Positions 49,308 to 59,812 are shown, numbered from the stretch's first letter. The stretch is 64,000 bases of DNA from an uncultured Clostridia bacterium (GCA_944391815.1 CALXUV010000046.1:20195-84194), one strand, 5' to 3'. Program-made: numbers and translations. Notes: a model not told the origin generated them from the letters alone.

Positions 49308-51494
49308 TCAGATTTTTATTTCAAATTCATAAACACCGGTGCCTTTCGGGATGTTCTCCGTGCGGTCACCGATTATAAGCGTTGCTTCTGAATCTTTTGG
49401 CAGCTTTACGGTGCCGCTCACACCGTTAGCTGTCTTTTTGATTTCCGCATATATGTCGCCCCGTGGTGTCGGAACTGTACCGCTTACATTTCCTGTTATA
49501 CCGATTTCCGGTTTTATTACAAACCTCTCATATCCCGGCAAAACAGGTTTAATTCCGAGGAAAACCTCCGAAAACTCATATATCGGCGCACTGCTCCACG
49601 CATGGCACTCACTTCTCGGATTTCCCGGATTTTCTCCCCAAGCAGTACATCCCATGTCTACCATTTTGCGCCAGCCTTCGAACAGTCTGTCGGCATATTC
49701 GAGGTACAGACCGGTTTTTTCTATCGCCCGGAATGTGTAATAACTGAACGAAAACGAAGCTCTGCTGTAATCGCCCTCAAAACTTCTGCGCATGAGATTT
49801 TTTGCTTCTTCTCCGGTTACGCATTCCGAAAGCACCGCCCACACTGCGGTATGCTCTGAAAAAGTATCGCCTCCCGGCACGTCACTGTAAAAACGTTTAT
49901 TACTGTTGTAGCAGTTTCCGTTTACCGCATTTACCGTTTCCGAATATCTGCGACTGTATTCCGAAGCAAGTCCCGTTCTGCCTGCAAGTTCCGCAAGCGC
50001 CGATGCTTTTTTCAGCGCATAAGCAAGCATCATTGAGGTTACCGTCAGCGGTTCTGTTTTTCCTTTCGGAGGAATGCCACCCTGCCAACCGTCCACCCAA
50101 TCGGTATAATGCCAGTAAGGTGTGGCTTTGACAAGTCCGTTTTCGTTTTTCAGCAACCTGAACGCCTCAAGTATTTTATCAACGCACGGAAGCAGTTCTT
50201 CCACACATTTAAGGTCTCCCGAACACATGACGTATTCATCAAGAAGAAGTATCCAGAAAAGCGAAAAAGTCGGTATCACCTGTATCCGCCAGGCCGGGTA
50301 ATGCGCAGCAAGCATTCCGTCGGGTTGCTGGCTCCTTGCAAGATCATATACGGCTTTTCTCGGCATAGAGTAATCGTCGGTCAGCCTCATCATGAAAGTC
50401 GCTTCAAGCGCGGTATCCATATCGTACTGACACTGCTCGTAGTAAGGGCAGTCAACAAACGTTTCATGAGTACAGCATCTGAGCGTATTTATCGAAATTT
50501 CCCAAAGTTTGTTTTCAATGTCCTTATCTGATCGGAAGCTTCCTCTTCCCTCAACCGGGTAAAAGTACGGTCTGAATATCTGTTTATCCGCATCAAAAAC
50601 CGTTCCGGCGGGATATTCCGCTTTTACAAACCTGAACGCCTTGTAAAAATACGGTATAAAAGTCTGCTCTTCTCCGGTGAGGAAAATTTCATCGTAGACT
50701 CCGCTTACAACTCCTTTTGTCTCGCTGCGGTTCACACCAAGCTTACTTCCGTTTTCTCTGCGGTAACATTCTGCATACGTGAACCTGATTACGCCGCCCT
50801 TTTTGCCCCTGAACCTGAATTCGGGGTAAGCAGTGGTATACTTTCCGGCGTCAAGCTCAGTACACTCATCAGTGACCTTCACGCAACTGAAGCTTTCGGC
50901 TTCACCCGGAGAAAACAGCTTTATGTCACGCTTTCTGAGTCTGTACTTGTCAAACAGTCCGTAATCGTCTACGCAGTCGTTTTCAAGAAGACATCTGCTC
51001 TTTACCGACACTCTGCATTCGGTATCACTATCAAGTGTTATTTTCTGAACCGGAGGCATTGAAACGTGTACTCCCTGGGAGGGAAGAAAAACATTTCCGC
51101 AGATCCGTGAACATTTCCAATCTGCATCGGTGTAAATATCCTCCACTTTTCCATCACTTTCGGCTTTACCGAAAACAAGAAGCGCACAGCTGTCTTTTTT
51201 TGCCTGGGTATGATAAATTTCATCGCCGTTGTAGTAGACGTCAACTGTTATACGGTTATTTCCCGCCTCAATGAATTCAGGCGGAACCGTTAACGTCTCG
51301 TATCGCCAGAACCAATGGTCGCTCTGGCACGGCCCTTCACAAAGATAATTTCCGTTGCAATAAAGTTTGTACCTTGTATCTGCGCTGATGTTAAGCGTTA
51401 CTTCCGTATTCTTTTCCCAAAAGTAGTCTTTTGTGAAACGGTAAAGCGCGCTTCCTTTTTCCGCATCATCTGCGGTTATCCAGATTGCCTTCAT
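49308..51494 (-). CDS. Alpha-L-rhamnosidase (GH78)
   Basis: FVDCPYYEQCQY.MD, DW, WGE, S.CHAWSS motifs. Confidence 0.88.
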   Translation of the reverse strand: MKAIWITADDAEKGSALYRFTKDYFWEKNTEVTLNISADTRYKLYCNGNYLCEGPCQSDHWFWRYETLTVPPEFIEAGNNRITVDVYYNGDEIYHTQAKKDSCALLVFGKAESDGKVEDIYTDADWKCSRICGNVFLPSQGVHVSMPPVQKITLDSDTECRVSVKSRCLLENDCVDDYGLFDKYRLRKRDIKLFSPGEAESFSCVKVTDECTELDAGKYTTAYPEFRFRGKKGGVIRFTYAECYRRENGSKLGVNRSETKGVVSGVYDEIFLTGEEQTFIPYFYKAFRFVKAEYPAGTVFDADKQIFRPYFYPVEGRGSFRSDKDIENKLWEISINTLRCCTHETFVDCPYYEQCQYDMDTALEATFMMRLTDDYSMPRKAVYDLARSQQPDGMLAAHYPAWRIQVIPTFSLFWILLLDEYVMCSGDLKCVEELLPCVDKILEAFRLLKNENGLVKATPYWHYTDWVDGWQGGIPPKGKTEPLTVTSMMLAYALKKASALAELAGRTGLASEYSRRYSETVNAVNGNCYNSNKRFYSDVPGGDTFSEHTAVWAVLSECVTGEEAKNLMRRSFEGDYSRASFSFSYYTFRAIEKTGLYLEYADRLFEGWRKMVDMGCTAWGENPGNPRSECHAWSSAPIYEFSEVFLGIKPVLPGYERFVIKPEIGITGNVSGTVPTPRGDIYAEIKKTANGVSGTVKLPKDSEATLIIGDRTENIPKGTGVYEFEIKI

Positions 51495-51555
51495 AATATT
51501 ACCTCTCCTTCGGAGAATTATTTTGTTCAGTCAATCGCGTTATAATTTCTACAAC

Positions 51556-52344
51556 TCAGAATTCAAAGCCGATCGAAGCGAGGTATTTTTTGCTCTTTTC
51601 AAGACATTTGAAGGGATCCGGCTCACATGAAAAGGTTTTATCCTGCTCAATGAAAATATAATCTGTGCCGGCATCCTTCAGCGCCTGACCTATCGACGAA
51701 AAGTCAAGTATACCGTTTCCGCACCATGTGAAGTGTTTCGTTCCGTCAGCCTCAACTGCCATATCCTTGAAATGCACGCAAGGAAGTCTTCCGCTGAGTC
51801 TCTTTATCTCCTCAACCGGATCGTATCCGCCGCATTTCACCCAGTATGTATCAAGGGTAAATCCCATCTCATCGGATCCGAAATTATCGGACAGATATTC
51901 CATGCAGTTTTTACCGTCTATACTGTTTTCATATTCCGCTGCGTGGTTATGGTACATGAAGTAACAACCGCTCTCGGCTATTTTCTTTGCCGCGGGTTTT
52001 GCCTTGGCTACAAAATCTGCGCAGTACTGAGGTATTTTGTCCTTTTCACCGGAAAAAATCCCCGGAAGCGAACCTACTCCTATGTATTTGCAGCCAAAAG
52101 TTTTATGCTCAGCTATAACAGCCTCGGTATCACCTACGATCCTGTCGTAATTGTAGTGAGTCAGATCGCATGTAAGTCCGTTTTCTTTAAGCCGGTCTCT
52201 GAGCCACTCCGCCTCATATGCGCAGGTTCCGGAAACCTGCACCGTGGAAAATCCCATTTCTGATATGCGTTTAAGTGTTTCGGAAAAACTCTGCAAATCC
52301 TTGCAGTAATCCCTGAGGGTATACATCTGTACTCCGACTTTCAT
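51556..52344 (-). CDS. Sugar phosphate isomerase/epimerase (TIM barrel)
   Basis: GVQMYTLR, YHNH..E, LDTYW, HFKD, IEQD. Confidence 0.88.
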   Translation of the reverse strand: MKVGVQMYTLRDYCKDLQSFSETLKRISEMGFSTVQVSGTCAYEAEWLRDRLKENGLTCDLTHYNYDRIVGDTEAVIAEHKTFGCKYIGVGSLPGIFSGEKDKIPQYCADFVAKAKPAAKKIAESGCYFMYHNHAAEYENSIDGKNCMEYLSDNFGSDEMGFTLDTYWVKCGGYDPVEEIKRLSGRLPCVHFKDMAVEADGTKHFTWCGNGILDFSSIGQALKDAGTDYIFIEQDKTFSCEPDPFKCLEKSKKYLASIGFEF

Positions 52345-52518
52345 AATTTCTCTCCGTTTCAGAATGTTTTTTGGTTGCGAACAATTTGTTTAAACTGTCC
52401 ACACTGACACCTACAATATATCAAATTTTATTCAGTTTGTCAAGCATTTATTATTACGAATAAAAAAACAGTTTTGCGGCATAATAATCTCAAACCGTAG
52501 AAAAGGAGGTTTTAACTT

Positions 52519-52719
52519 ATGAACAAAGCTGAAAATTCCTGCCATGGAAAGGATTGCTGCACACCCAATAAGGCTATAAGCTGCACGGTTTGCGAATGCA
52601 TGTATCACTGCAATGGCGAAAACTATTGTTCTCTCGAGAATGTAAAAATCACTACTCACGAGAAGAACCCTACCGAATGCCGTTGCGTTGACTGTTCTTC
52701 TTTCGCTCCCAAAAACTGA
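52519..52719 (+). CDS. DUF1540-like small Cys-rich protein
   Basis: AGGAGG RBS; I.C.V..C.YH...C.L..V...C..C.SF pattern. Confidence 0.75.
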   Translation: MNKAENSCHGKDCCTPNKAISCTVCECMYHCNGENYCSLENVKITTHEKNPTECRCVDCSSFAPKN

Positions 52720-52762
52720 GCGTAAATCAAGGAGATAGTTAAGTCTCTCTGAAAAGCGAAAA

Positions 52763-52804
52763 GGCTTCTGCCGTACTGTCGTTTTCGACTTCGGCAGGAG
52801 CCTT
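52763..52804. terminator. Bidirectional terminator
   Basis: AAGGCTTCTGCCG...CGGCAGGAGCCTT between convergent genes. Confidence 0.65.
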
Positions 52805-52826
52805 TTCAAGTTTACGGGTTTCACCG

Positions 52827-53297
52827 TTAACCGTAATTTTTGGTTTTGCTGTAACGTTCTATATCCCTGTCAGCCTGTTTTCTTGCGTCACTTTCCCTTT
52901 TATCGTACAGTTTCTTTCCTCGGCAAAGACCAAGCTCTACCTTAACCCTTGAACCCGAAAAATATAGCGAAAGCGGTATCAGCGTAAGACCGTCCTTGCT
53001 GACTCTTCCGGCAAGTTTGAGTATCTCTTTTCTGTGCATCAGAAGTTTTCTGTCTCTGAGTGGATTTCTGTTGAAAATATTCCCTTTTTCGTAAGGACTG
53101 ATATGCATGCCTGTTACAAATATTTCACCGCCGTCGATCATACTGTATGAGTCCTTCAGATTGACCTGTCCCGCTCTTAAGCTCTTGACTTCCGTTCCGA
53201 AAAGCTCAATTCCTGCCTCGTATGTTTCTTCCACAAAATAGTCATGATAAGCTTTGCGGTTGGTAGCAATAACTTTCTTTCCGTTACCTGTCGGCAT
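52827..53297 (-). CDS. smpB: SsrA-binding protein SmpB
   Basis: [37 protein letters not shown]; true start ATG 53297 after AAAGGAG. Confidence 0.97.
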   Translation of the reverse strand: MPTGNGKKVIATNRKAYHDYFVEETYEAGIELFGTEVKSLRAGQVNLKDSYSMIDGGEIFVTGMHISPYEKGNIFNRNPLRDRKLLMHRKEILKLAGRVSKDGLTLIPLSLYFSGSRVKVELGLCRGKKLYDKRESDARKQADRDIERYSKTKNYG

Positions 53298-53463
53298 ACA
53301 ATTCTCCTTTCGAATTTTTAAATTTTTGATGGTTACAATAAGTTCCCCGCCTGAGACAAACTCTTTGCGTCTGTTCAGTATCAGCTCACCCGGAAATCTG
53401 CTTCCGACCAAACGAACATGATTAAGCGCACGTCCTTATCAAAAAGCCCATGTGGGTAAGCTG

Positions 53464-53492
53464 AGTATAACACAAAAACCAGATGATGTCAA
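53464..53492 (-). promoter_or_regulatory. Sigma-A promoter about 160 nt upstream of smpB
   Basis: TTGACA-17-TATACT with extended TGn. Confidence 0.8.
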
Positions 53493-53513
53493 GGCGTAAA
53501 ACGTCGAAAAAGC

Positions 53514-54206
53514 TCACCCGTCAAGCTCTTTTGAAAGCAAATCCAGAAGATTTTCAATATCGGCAAGACGCTCTTTGTCTGCTGAAACTGATCTTACAAT
53601 TCCGTCTCTTTTCAAGCTTAAAACGGAAATGATCTTTTTTGCGTAATTCTTATGAGTTTCATTGTTTCGATCGAACCCAAAACCGAGATAAATTTCTTTT
53701 GGATCAACTTTTCCGGTTTCTCCGGTATATTTGCAAACGATTACGCAGTAAATTTTTCCTGATGCCGTTACCTTATCTTCCTTAACGATTGAAAAACCGT
53801 TACGCAGGAGAAATTCGCGCAGATATTCAGGTTTTGTCATCGGCTGAAGAATAAGTCTGACATCACGGTTTTTCAGCTGTCGTCCCGCCCCTATTATATC
53901 CGCAATGAGCTCTCCTCCCATACCCGCAATTATTACGTCACATTTATCCGGCAAAACAATCCCCTGAAATCCGTCGGTACAGTAAGCGTCGATAAAATCA
54001 GATAATCCCTCTTTTTTTACGTTCCGTATCCCTTTTTCAAGGGAATCACGGCTGATATCGGTAATTATAGCCTTTTCATTTTTTCCGCTTGCAACAAGAT
54101 ATATCGGTATAAGGGCATGGTCGGAACCGACATCGCATACAGTAACATTTTTCCTTACCGAATCTGCAATCATTTTCATTCTGTCGTCCCTGAGAAAACT
54201 GTTCAT
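53514..54206 (-). CDS. trmK: tRNA (adenine22-N1)-methyltransferase TrmK
   Basis: DVGSDHAL.P..L, TDG, IAGMGGELI, LILQPM. Confidence 0.9.
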   Translation of the reverse strand: MNSFLRDDRMKMIADSVRKNVTVCDVGSDHALIPIYLVASGKNEKAIITDISRDSLEKGIRNVKKEGLSDFIDAYCTDGFQGIVLPDKCDVIIAGMGGELIADIIGAGRQLKNRDVRLILQPMTKPEYLREFLLRNGFSIVKEDKVTASGKIYCVIVCKYTGETGKVDPKEIYLGFGFDRNNETHKNYAKKIISVLSLKRDGIVRSVSADKERLADIENLLDLLSKELDG

Positions 54207-54332
54207 ACTTGATCCCCGCTTAATATCCGAAACTGTTCGTTCCCTGCTTATTTTTGTAAACCGAAAATAAATTTTTCACTGTTCGGAAACTTTATTCACA
54301 GCAAAAAGGACCGCACAGCGGTCCCTTTCACT

Positions 54333-54530
54333 TTATTTGCTGATAAAATCGTTGAGTTTCTTAACGAATTCATCCGCATCCGCACCGTGTACCTCGCACG
54401 CCTGCTCGACCGTTTCCATTCTGGAGCACGGACAGGTAAGGCAATGCATTCCTATTTCTATGAAAATCGGCTCGGTTTCCGGATGATTATCAAGAATCTC
54501 ACCGATTATGGTATCTTTTTTTATCGTCAT
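54333..54530 (-). CDS. DUF1858 domain protein
   Basis: I.KD..IGEIL...PE....F..IGMHCL.CP.S..ET.E.AC.VHG. Confidence 0.88.
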   Translation of the reverse strand: MTIKKDTIIGEILDNHPETEPIFIEIGMHCLTCPCSRMETVEQACEVHGADADEFVKKLNDFISK

Positions 54531-54647
54531 AGCTTTTATTCCTTTCCTGAAATTTCACATTACGCCTTAATTATACCCTGTTTTTCGCATTTGTCAAGGG
54601 TTGTAAAAAAATGTTTAAAATTCCGAAAGGTTATTTACAAAACTTTC

Positions 54648-54676
54648 TTTACATCTTTAAAGTTTTGTGATACAAT
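54648..54676 (+). promoter_or_regulatory. Sigma-A promoter
   Basis: TTTACA-17-TACAAT with TGn. Confidence 0.6.
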
Positions 54677-54712
54677 ACTGTTAAATAAAGTATTTTACCA
54701 AGGAAAAACGTT

Positions 54713-55819
54713 ATGAATAAATTTCCGAAAAAATTAACCGCACTGATTCTTCTCTGCGCTTTGCTTGTGACCGCTCTGGCATCATGTACAATCCAACCGG
54801 GCTATGAAGGTGCTCCTCAGGGAATGCGCCCGTGCAACGAGGGCGAAAACGGAGCCATACTTTACGTGCCGTCATACTGGAACGTAAATGATTCAACCGG
54901 AGTTCCGTCGGCTTATTATTCCGACAGGGATTATTCTATGATAACAATGATTACCGTGCCGGCAGAAGAGGTTGCGGGACGGTCTGTACCGGAATACTGG
55001 GAATCGTATAAGACCTCATTTACTTCGAGTGTAAGCGATTTTGCAATTACCAAGTCCGCTGAAACCGACCCCGACTACACCACGCGTCTGGTTGCCGACA
55101 ACGCCTGCACTCTGTACAGATACGATTATTCGTTCAAGCTGCCGGGACTTGAAGGCGCTGAGTCAGTCTACTGCTTTTCCCAGGCGTTTGTGGTTCATCC
55201 CCAGACCAAAGACCTGTTTATCATAACTTACAGCGCCCCTTCTTCGGTTTACGAAAGTCATCTTGAAGACCTTACGAAAGTTTACGACAATTTCAGACTC
55301 GTTACAGAAACTATCCCGATGCAAGACAAAACTCCTCCGGCGCAGTTCTCACCTGACGAAAACGCTCCTGACGGATTTTCAGCGATTACGGGTGAGCACA
55401 TCGATTATATTCTTTATGTTCCAAACAGTTGGACGCCGCTGATGAATACCGGAATGACCGCTGCCAGCGACGGACAGAACAAAACAACTACCGTAAATGT
55501 TACGGTTTTTGAATCAAACGGAATAAACTACGATGACTTTTTCAGCGGATATGAAAACGACCTCAAAGCTACCTTCGGAAACATTACTTTTGAAAATCCG
55601 GAAAACAAATTTTCCAATACTCATCTTGACGGTTACGCCGCAAGAAAATATGTGTACACCGTTACGGAAAATTCAGTTGAATATAAATACCGTCAGACCG
55701 TTCTGATAAACGGCGGATATATTTATCTGCTTACATTCTGTTGCAAATCGGCTGACTTTGCCGGTTGCGACCAGGTATTTTCCTCAATCGAGCAGAATTT
55801 CAGATTCAAAAACAACTGA
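54713..55819 (+). CDS. Lipoprotein with two tandem PsbP/DcrB-like domains
   Basis: LASC lipobox; internal duplication ILYVPSYW / ILYVPNSW, each with a Y..T motif near its end. Confidence 0.75.
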   Translation: MNKFPKKLTALILLCALLVTALASCTIQPGYEGAPQGMRPCNEGENGAILYVPSYWNVNDSTGVPSAYYSDRDYSMITMITVPAEEVAGRSVPEYWESYKTSFTSSVSDFAITKSAETDPDYTTRLVADNACTLYRYDYSFKLPGLEGAESVYCFSQAFVVHPQTKDLFIITYSAPSSVYESHLEDLTKVYDNFRLVTETIPMQDKTPPAQFSPDENAPDGFSAITGEHIDYILYVPNSWTPLMNTGMTAASDGQNKTTTVNVTVFESNGINYDDFFSGYENDLKATFGNITFENPENKFSNTHLDGYAARKYVYTVTENSVEYKYRQTVLINGGYIYLLTFCCKSADFAGCDQVFSSIEQNFRFKNN

Positions 55820-55909
55820 CAAAAAATCTCTCCCGATAAGCGGATTTTTGCGTACACTTTCCGGGAGAGATTTTGCTAACAGAGAATTTATATATACGGA
55901 GATAACATT

Positions 55910-56845
55910 ATGCAACCCAGGATTTTAACCGTAAGTTCGGCAAATATGGATCTTAACATGAGGGTAAAAGAAGCACCGGTAAAAGGTCAGACTGTTTTCG
56001 GGAAAAGCTACAGCTACGTTCCGGGCGGAAAGGGCGCAAATTCTGCATCGGCTATAGCCAAGCTCGGAGCTGAGTCTTACTTCTGCACTTCTCTCGGAAA
56101 TGATGACAACGGAAAAGCGTTGTTAACTCTTTACAATCGGCTCGGAATCAGAACCGAATACATAAAGACAGACTCAGGTCTGCCGACCGGGCTTGCAACG
56201 GTTACCGTTGAAGATGACGGAGCTAACCGAATAACCGTTTTTTCAGGCGCCAATCTTTCCGTGTCACCCGAAATTGCCGAAAACGCCTTTTACGGCGTTA
56301 AGCCCGACGCCGTTTTCTGTCATTTCGAAATTCCCTTTGAAACAGTGGTGCATATTTCGCACATCTGTCATAATAACGGAGTACCGATGTTTATTGACGC
56401 AGGCCCTGCTGATTCAGCTCTCAACCTCAGCTTTCTGTCTCCCGTATTTGTATTTTCCCCGAATGAAACAGAAACTGAAATTTTTACCGGAATTTGCCCC
56501 GACAGTGAAAAAAGCTGTTATGAGGCAGTAAAAAAACTCAGATCACTGGTTAGTGCAGAGTATTATGTAATCAAGCTGGGAAAACGTGGAGCCGCCGTTT
56601 CTGACGGAGATTTTCTCGAATTTGTACCGGCTTTTGAAGTTCCGGTCAAAGACACAACCGCCGCCGGCGACTCTTTTACTGCCGCTCTTACTCTCGAATA
56701 TGTGAGAAGCAAAGATATAATCAGGTCATGCAGGTTTGGAAATGCAGTGGCAGCGGTTACTGTTTCCCGAATGGGCGCCGCAGAGTCTATTCCGACCGCA
56801 GATGAACTCAGCGCGTTTTTGTGTAATAAAGGTATTGTTATCTGA
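55910..56845 (+). CDS. rbsK: Ribokinase (PfkB family)
   Basis: SANMDL, PGGKGAN, PNETE, DTTAAGDSF, GA..SIP. Confidence 0.9.
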   Translation: MQPRILTVSSANMDLNMRVKEAPVKGQTVFGKSYSYVPGGKGANSASAIAKLGAESYFCTSLGNDDNGKALLTLYNRLGIRTEYIKTDSGLPTGLATVTVEDDGANRITVFSGANLSVSPEIAENAFYGVKPDAVFCHFEIPFETVVHISHICHNNGVPMFIDAGPADSALNLSFLSPVFVFSPNETETEIFTGICPDSEKSCYEAVKKLRSLVSAEYYVIKLGKRGAAVSDGDFLEFVPAFEVPVKDTTAAGDSFTAALTLEYVRSKDIIRSCRFGNAVAAVTVSRMGAAESIPTADELSAFLCNKGIVI

Positions 56846-56954
56846 AATACAAAATGACTGTCAAGACCTAAACCGTAACGTTGCCGACGCTGAAAACACA
56901 GCTAAAAACTGCCCATATCTATTAGTTTTTGACTGATTTATCAAGAGCTCGGTG

Positions 56955-57110
56955 ATTAATCAAAACTTCTGTGATTCATCGAAATTTCATTTGATATACC
57001 AAATTTTCTGTGATTTATCAAAATTTCGGTTGATATAACAAATTCTCTGTGATTTACCAAAATTGCGGTAAACATACCAAATTCTCTGTGATTTACCAAA
57101 ATTGCGGACA
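56955..57110. repeat. Tandem array of four imperfect 39-bp units
   Basis: CTGTGATT at 56969, 57008, 57047 and 57086 (exact 39-bp period). Confidence 0.92.
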
Positions 57111-57184
57111 CAAAAAATTATAAATTTACAATCCGTCCGGACTGATTTCCTCTTTAAAAATCAAAACAAACAAGGAGATAAATA

Positions 57185-57622
57185 ATGGCTGAAATTCCAA
57201 AAGGAAGAGTTCTCGGCATTGATGTCGGTACAGTAAGAACCGGAGTTGCGGTGAGCGATGAAAGCGGGTTTTTAGCAAGCGCGCTCTGTACGATAAAAGC
57301 TTCCGGGATTCACCCGATTGCAGAGGCAATAAAAGAAAAAGCTATTGAGAAAAAAGTCAGGCTCATCGTAATCGGCAACCCCATAAACATGAACGGAACA
57401 TTGGGCGCAAGCGCCGAAAGAATACAGTTACTTTGCGACGCTCTGAAAGAAATCTGCGATATTCCGGTTGTTCTTTTTGACGAGCGTTGCACAACTATGG
57501 TTGCTCATAACATACTGAATTTCACTGACACCAGAGGAACCAAGCGCAAGGCTGTGATTGACAATCTTTCAGCGGAGATAATTCTTCAGAATTATCTTGA
57601 CAGTCAACAAAGAAAGCATTGA
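57185..57622 (+). CDS. ruvX: Holliday junction resolvase-like RuvX/YqgF
   Basis: LGIDVG..RTGVAVSD, G.P.NMNG, DERCTT, ID..SA..ILQ.YLD. Confidence 0.95.
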   Translation: MAEIPKGRVLGIDVGTVRTGVAVSDESGFLASALCTIKASGIHPIAEAIKEKAIEKKVRLIVIGNPINMNGTLGASAERIQLLCDALKEICDIPVVLFDERCTTMVAHNILNFTDTRGTKRKAVIDNLSAEIILQNYLDSQQRKH

Positions 57623-57658
57623 TTTTCTCGGGCTGTAATTTTGTTTCTGCGCCGTTTT

Positions 57659-59713
57659 TCAGTTGATAAATTTTATAATTTCGGTGTGTGTTACCCGACA
57701 CTCACCTTTTTTTGTGTCAGGATCAAACGGTTTTCCGCAAATATAAACCTTGTCCGCCAGACCCTTGAAACGTACATATTCTGCTTTTCCAGGGCACATC
57801 GGATAAATCCCCAAACAGGCAAAAACAAACCAAGCGGACATTGTGCCGTTATCTTCATCACCCGGAAAACCGTCCGGTTTGTACGAAAAAAGCTTATCTG
57901 CCATTTCTCTGATAATTTCTGACGACTTTTCACTGTTTCCGAAATAAGCGTAAATATAGGGATAGTGAAAACTCGGCTGGTTGGAAATGGCGCACTGTCC
58001 GAAATCCACGCAAGCCATTTCGCTCATTTCATGAATTTCCATTCCGTAGCCGCCCGTCTCAAAATAAGGAGGAAGACTGAAAATTTCATCGAGTTTGGCA
58101 AGAAGTTTTTCTTTTCCGCCGAAAAGCTCCGCAAGCCCTTCAAGGTCATGACACACCGAAAACACAGTCTGATATGCGCTGCCTTCGGTATAATCCCCAC
58201 CCCATGCAAACGGACTGAACGGTTCTCTGTGCCTGCCATTTTCATCGAGGCTCCGCATAAGTCCCCAATTTTTATCGAACAAAACCCGATAACCTTTACT
58301 TCGCTTAAAATACTGATCGCATATTTCCGGTTTATCGAGAATTTTTGCAACGACAGAAATACAGTAGTCGCCGTAATAACTGTCAAGTGAATTATTAACA
58401 CTCTCCGGAATGCTGTTCGGGACATAACCGAGACGGTTATACTGCTCCACACCTATTCTTCCGTTTCTGCCGCTTTCGGATGGAATTTTTGAATGTTTCA
58501 GCATTCCCTGAAATGCGGTTTCAAGAATTTCACCGTCGATAATGCCTTTAACTGCCGCGTCTGCTATTACCGCATCGATAAGCGTCCCCGGCATACAACC
58601 GTTTTCGCCTATTGCCGGCCATCTCGGAAGCCATCCGCTGTCTCTGTATATGTTTACAAATCCCGTCAGTATATCGCGGTAATCTTTCGGACTGATTATT
58701 GAAAGAAGCGGATAAACAGTTCTGTACGTATCCCAGAAACCGTTATTTGTGTAATACTTTCCCTTTGCCGTCTGTCCGTTGTGGGGACAGTAATGTATTT
58801 CCTCGCCTTTTTCGTTTATTTCATAAGACTTATGCGGGTACATAAATACTCTTGCAAGACAGGAAAAGAATGTTCTTTTGAGATCCTCCGAGTCAGATTC
58901 AATATTAAGCAGCGAAAGTTTTTCTTCCCATGCTTTTTCGGCACTGTCATGAGCGGATGAAAAATCATTAAACGCCGTTTCCCTGTCAAGGTTGATCTTC
59001 GCCTGAGCCGAGCTTATATAGGACGAAGCCATCCGGACATTTATTTCTTTTTCATCAAAAGCAACATTTATTCCGCACATTCCGTCAACGGTTTCGGTCC
59101 CTTTTTTCTTTCTACCGTCACTGCCGGTAATATAGCAATCATCAGCAGATATTTTTCTGTCAAATCTGAATACAAAGTGCATACGGAAATTGACAGCATC
59201 ATTTCTCATTTGAGCTTCGGTGTAACCCGTAACCGTGAATTCATCTTCCGCTTTGAAATAACTGCGTCCGTAAACAGGAAAAACCGCAAAACGGGCTTTT
59301 TTATTTTCCGGATAATTTATCTGCATATATGCCCCTCTTTCGGTAGGGGTTAGCTTTAGCCTTGTTCTGTATCTCAGAAGGAAGACGTCAAGCAGATCCG
59401 GTCTTATAACTGATTTTTCGGGACGGTAACTTGACCACCCGCTTTCAGCCGTTGGATACACTTCATCGGTCTGTGGCATAAAACAAACGCACCCATAGTC
59501 CCCTATCCAAGGACTCGGCTGATGAGTCAGACGAACAGCTTCTATGCTTCGGTCATCCGGACTGAAAAACCAGTTTCCGTTTTTCCCGTTAGTCTGGAGA
59601 GAATAACCGCCCATCCCAAACGGCATTTGTACCATCGGCAAAGTATTTCCGCATGAATATCTGTTGCTGCTTTTTGTGCCCTGAAGCACATTGACATAAC
59701 CAATTAACTTCAT
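57659..59713 (-). CDS. Alpha-1,2-mannosidase (GH92)
   Basis: THQPSPWIGDY, WDTYRT, CMPGT, YTEGS..Q, SNQPSFH, GDEDNG.MSAW. Confidence 0.92.
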   Translation of the reverse strand: MKLIGYVNVLQGTKSSNRYSCGNTLPMVQMPFGMGGYSLQTNGKNGNWFFSPDDRSIEAVRLTHQPSPWIGDYGCVCFMPQTDEVYPTAESGWSSYRPEKSVIRPDLLDVFLLRYRTRLKLTPTERGAYMQINYPENKKARFAVFPVYGRSYFKAEDEFTVTGYTEAQMRNDAVNFRMHFVFRFDRKISADDCYITGSDGRKKKGTETVDGMCGINVAFDEKEINVRMASSYISSAQAKINLDRETAFNDFSSAHDSAEKAWEEKLSLLNIESDSEDLKRTFFSCLARVFMYPHKSYEINEKGEEIHYCPHNGQTAKGKYYTNNGFWDTYRTVYPLLSIISPKDYRDILTGFVNIYRDSGWLPRWPAIGENGCMPGTLIDAVIADAAVKGIIDGEILETAFQGMLKHSKIPSESGRNGRIGVEQYNRLGYVPNSIPESVNNSLDSYYGDYCISVVAKILDKPEICDQYFKRSKGYRVLFDKNWGLMRSLDENGRHREPFSPFAWGGDYTEGSAYQTVFSVCHDLEGLAELFGGKEKLLAKLDEIFSLPPYFETGGYGMEIHEMSEMACVDFGQCAISNQPSFHYPYIYAYFGNSEKSSEIIREMADKLFSYKPDGFPGDEDNGTMSAWFVFACLGIYPMCPGKAEYVRFKGLADKVYICGKPFDPDTKKGECRVTHTEIIKFIN

Positions 59714-59812
59714 ATTCTCACCTCTTTTAACTCTTTATATCATTTTTATGACTTTTTGTCAACAGCATTTTTTATCCGACAGATATTTTCCTATGTTTTT
59801 TACGAATAAAAT

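Noticed and set aside
53298-53411. N-terminal extension of SmpB in the ORF track
   Set aside because: A strong SD precedes ATG 53297 and gives the normal 156-aa length
53298-53460. tmRNA next to smpB
   Set aside because: No tRNA-Ala-like GGGG 5' end or CCACCA 3' end, and too short
56955-57110. CRISPR array
   Set aside because: Units are directly abutting with no unique spacers, and no cas genes are nearby
57659-59713. GH92 as part of the mannan surface-glycan cluster
   Set aside because: It lies 13 kb away among unrelated genes, and a catabolic role is equally likely
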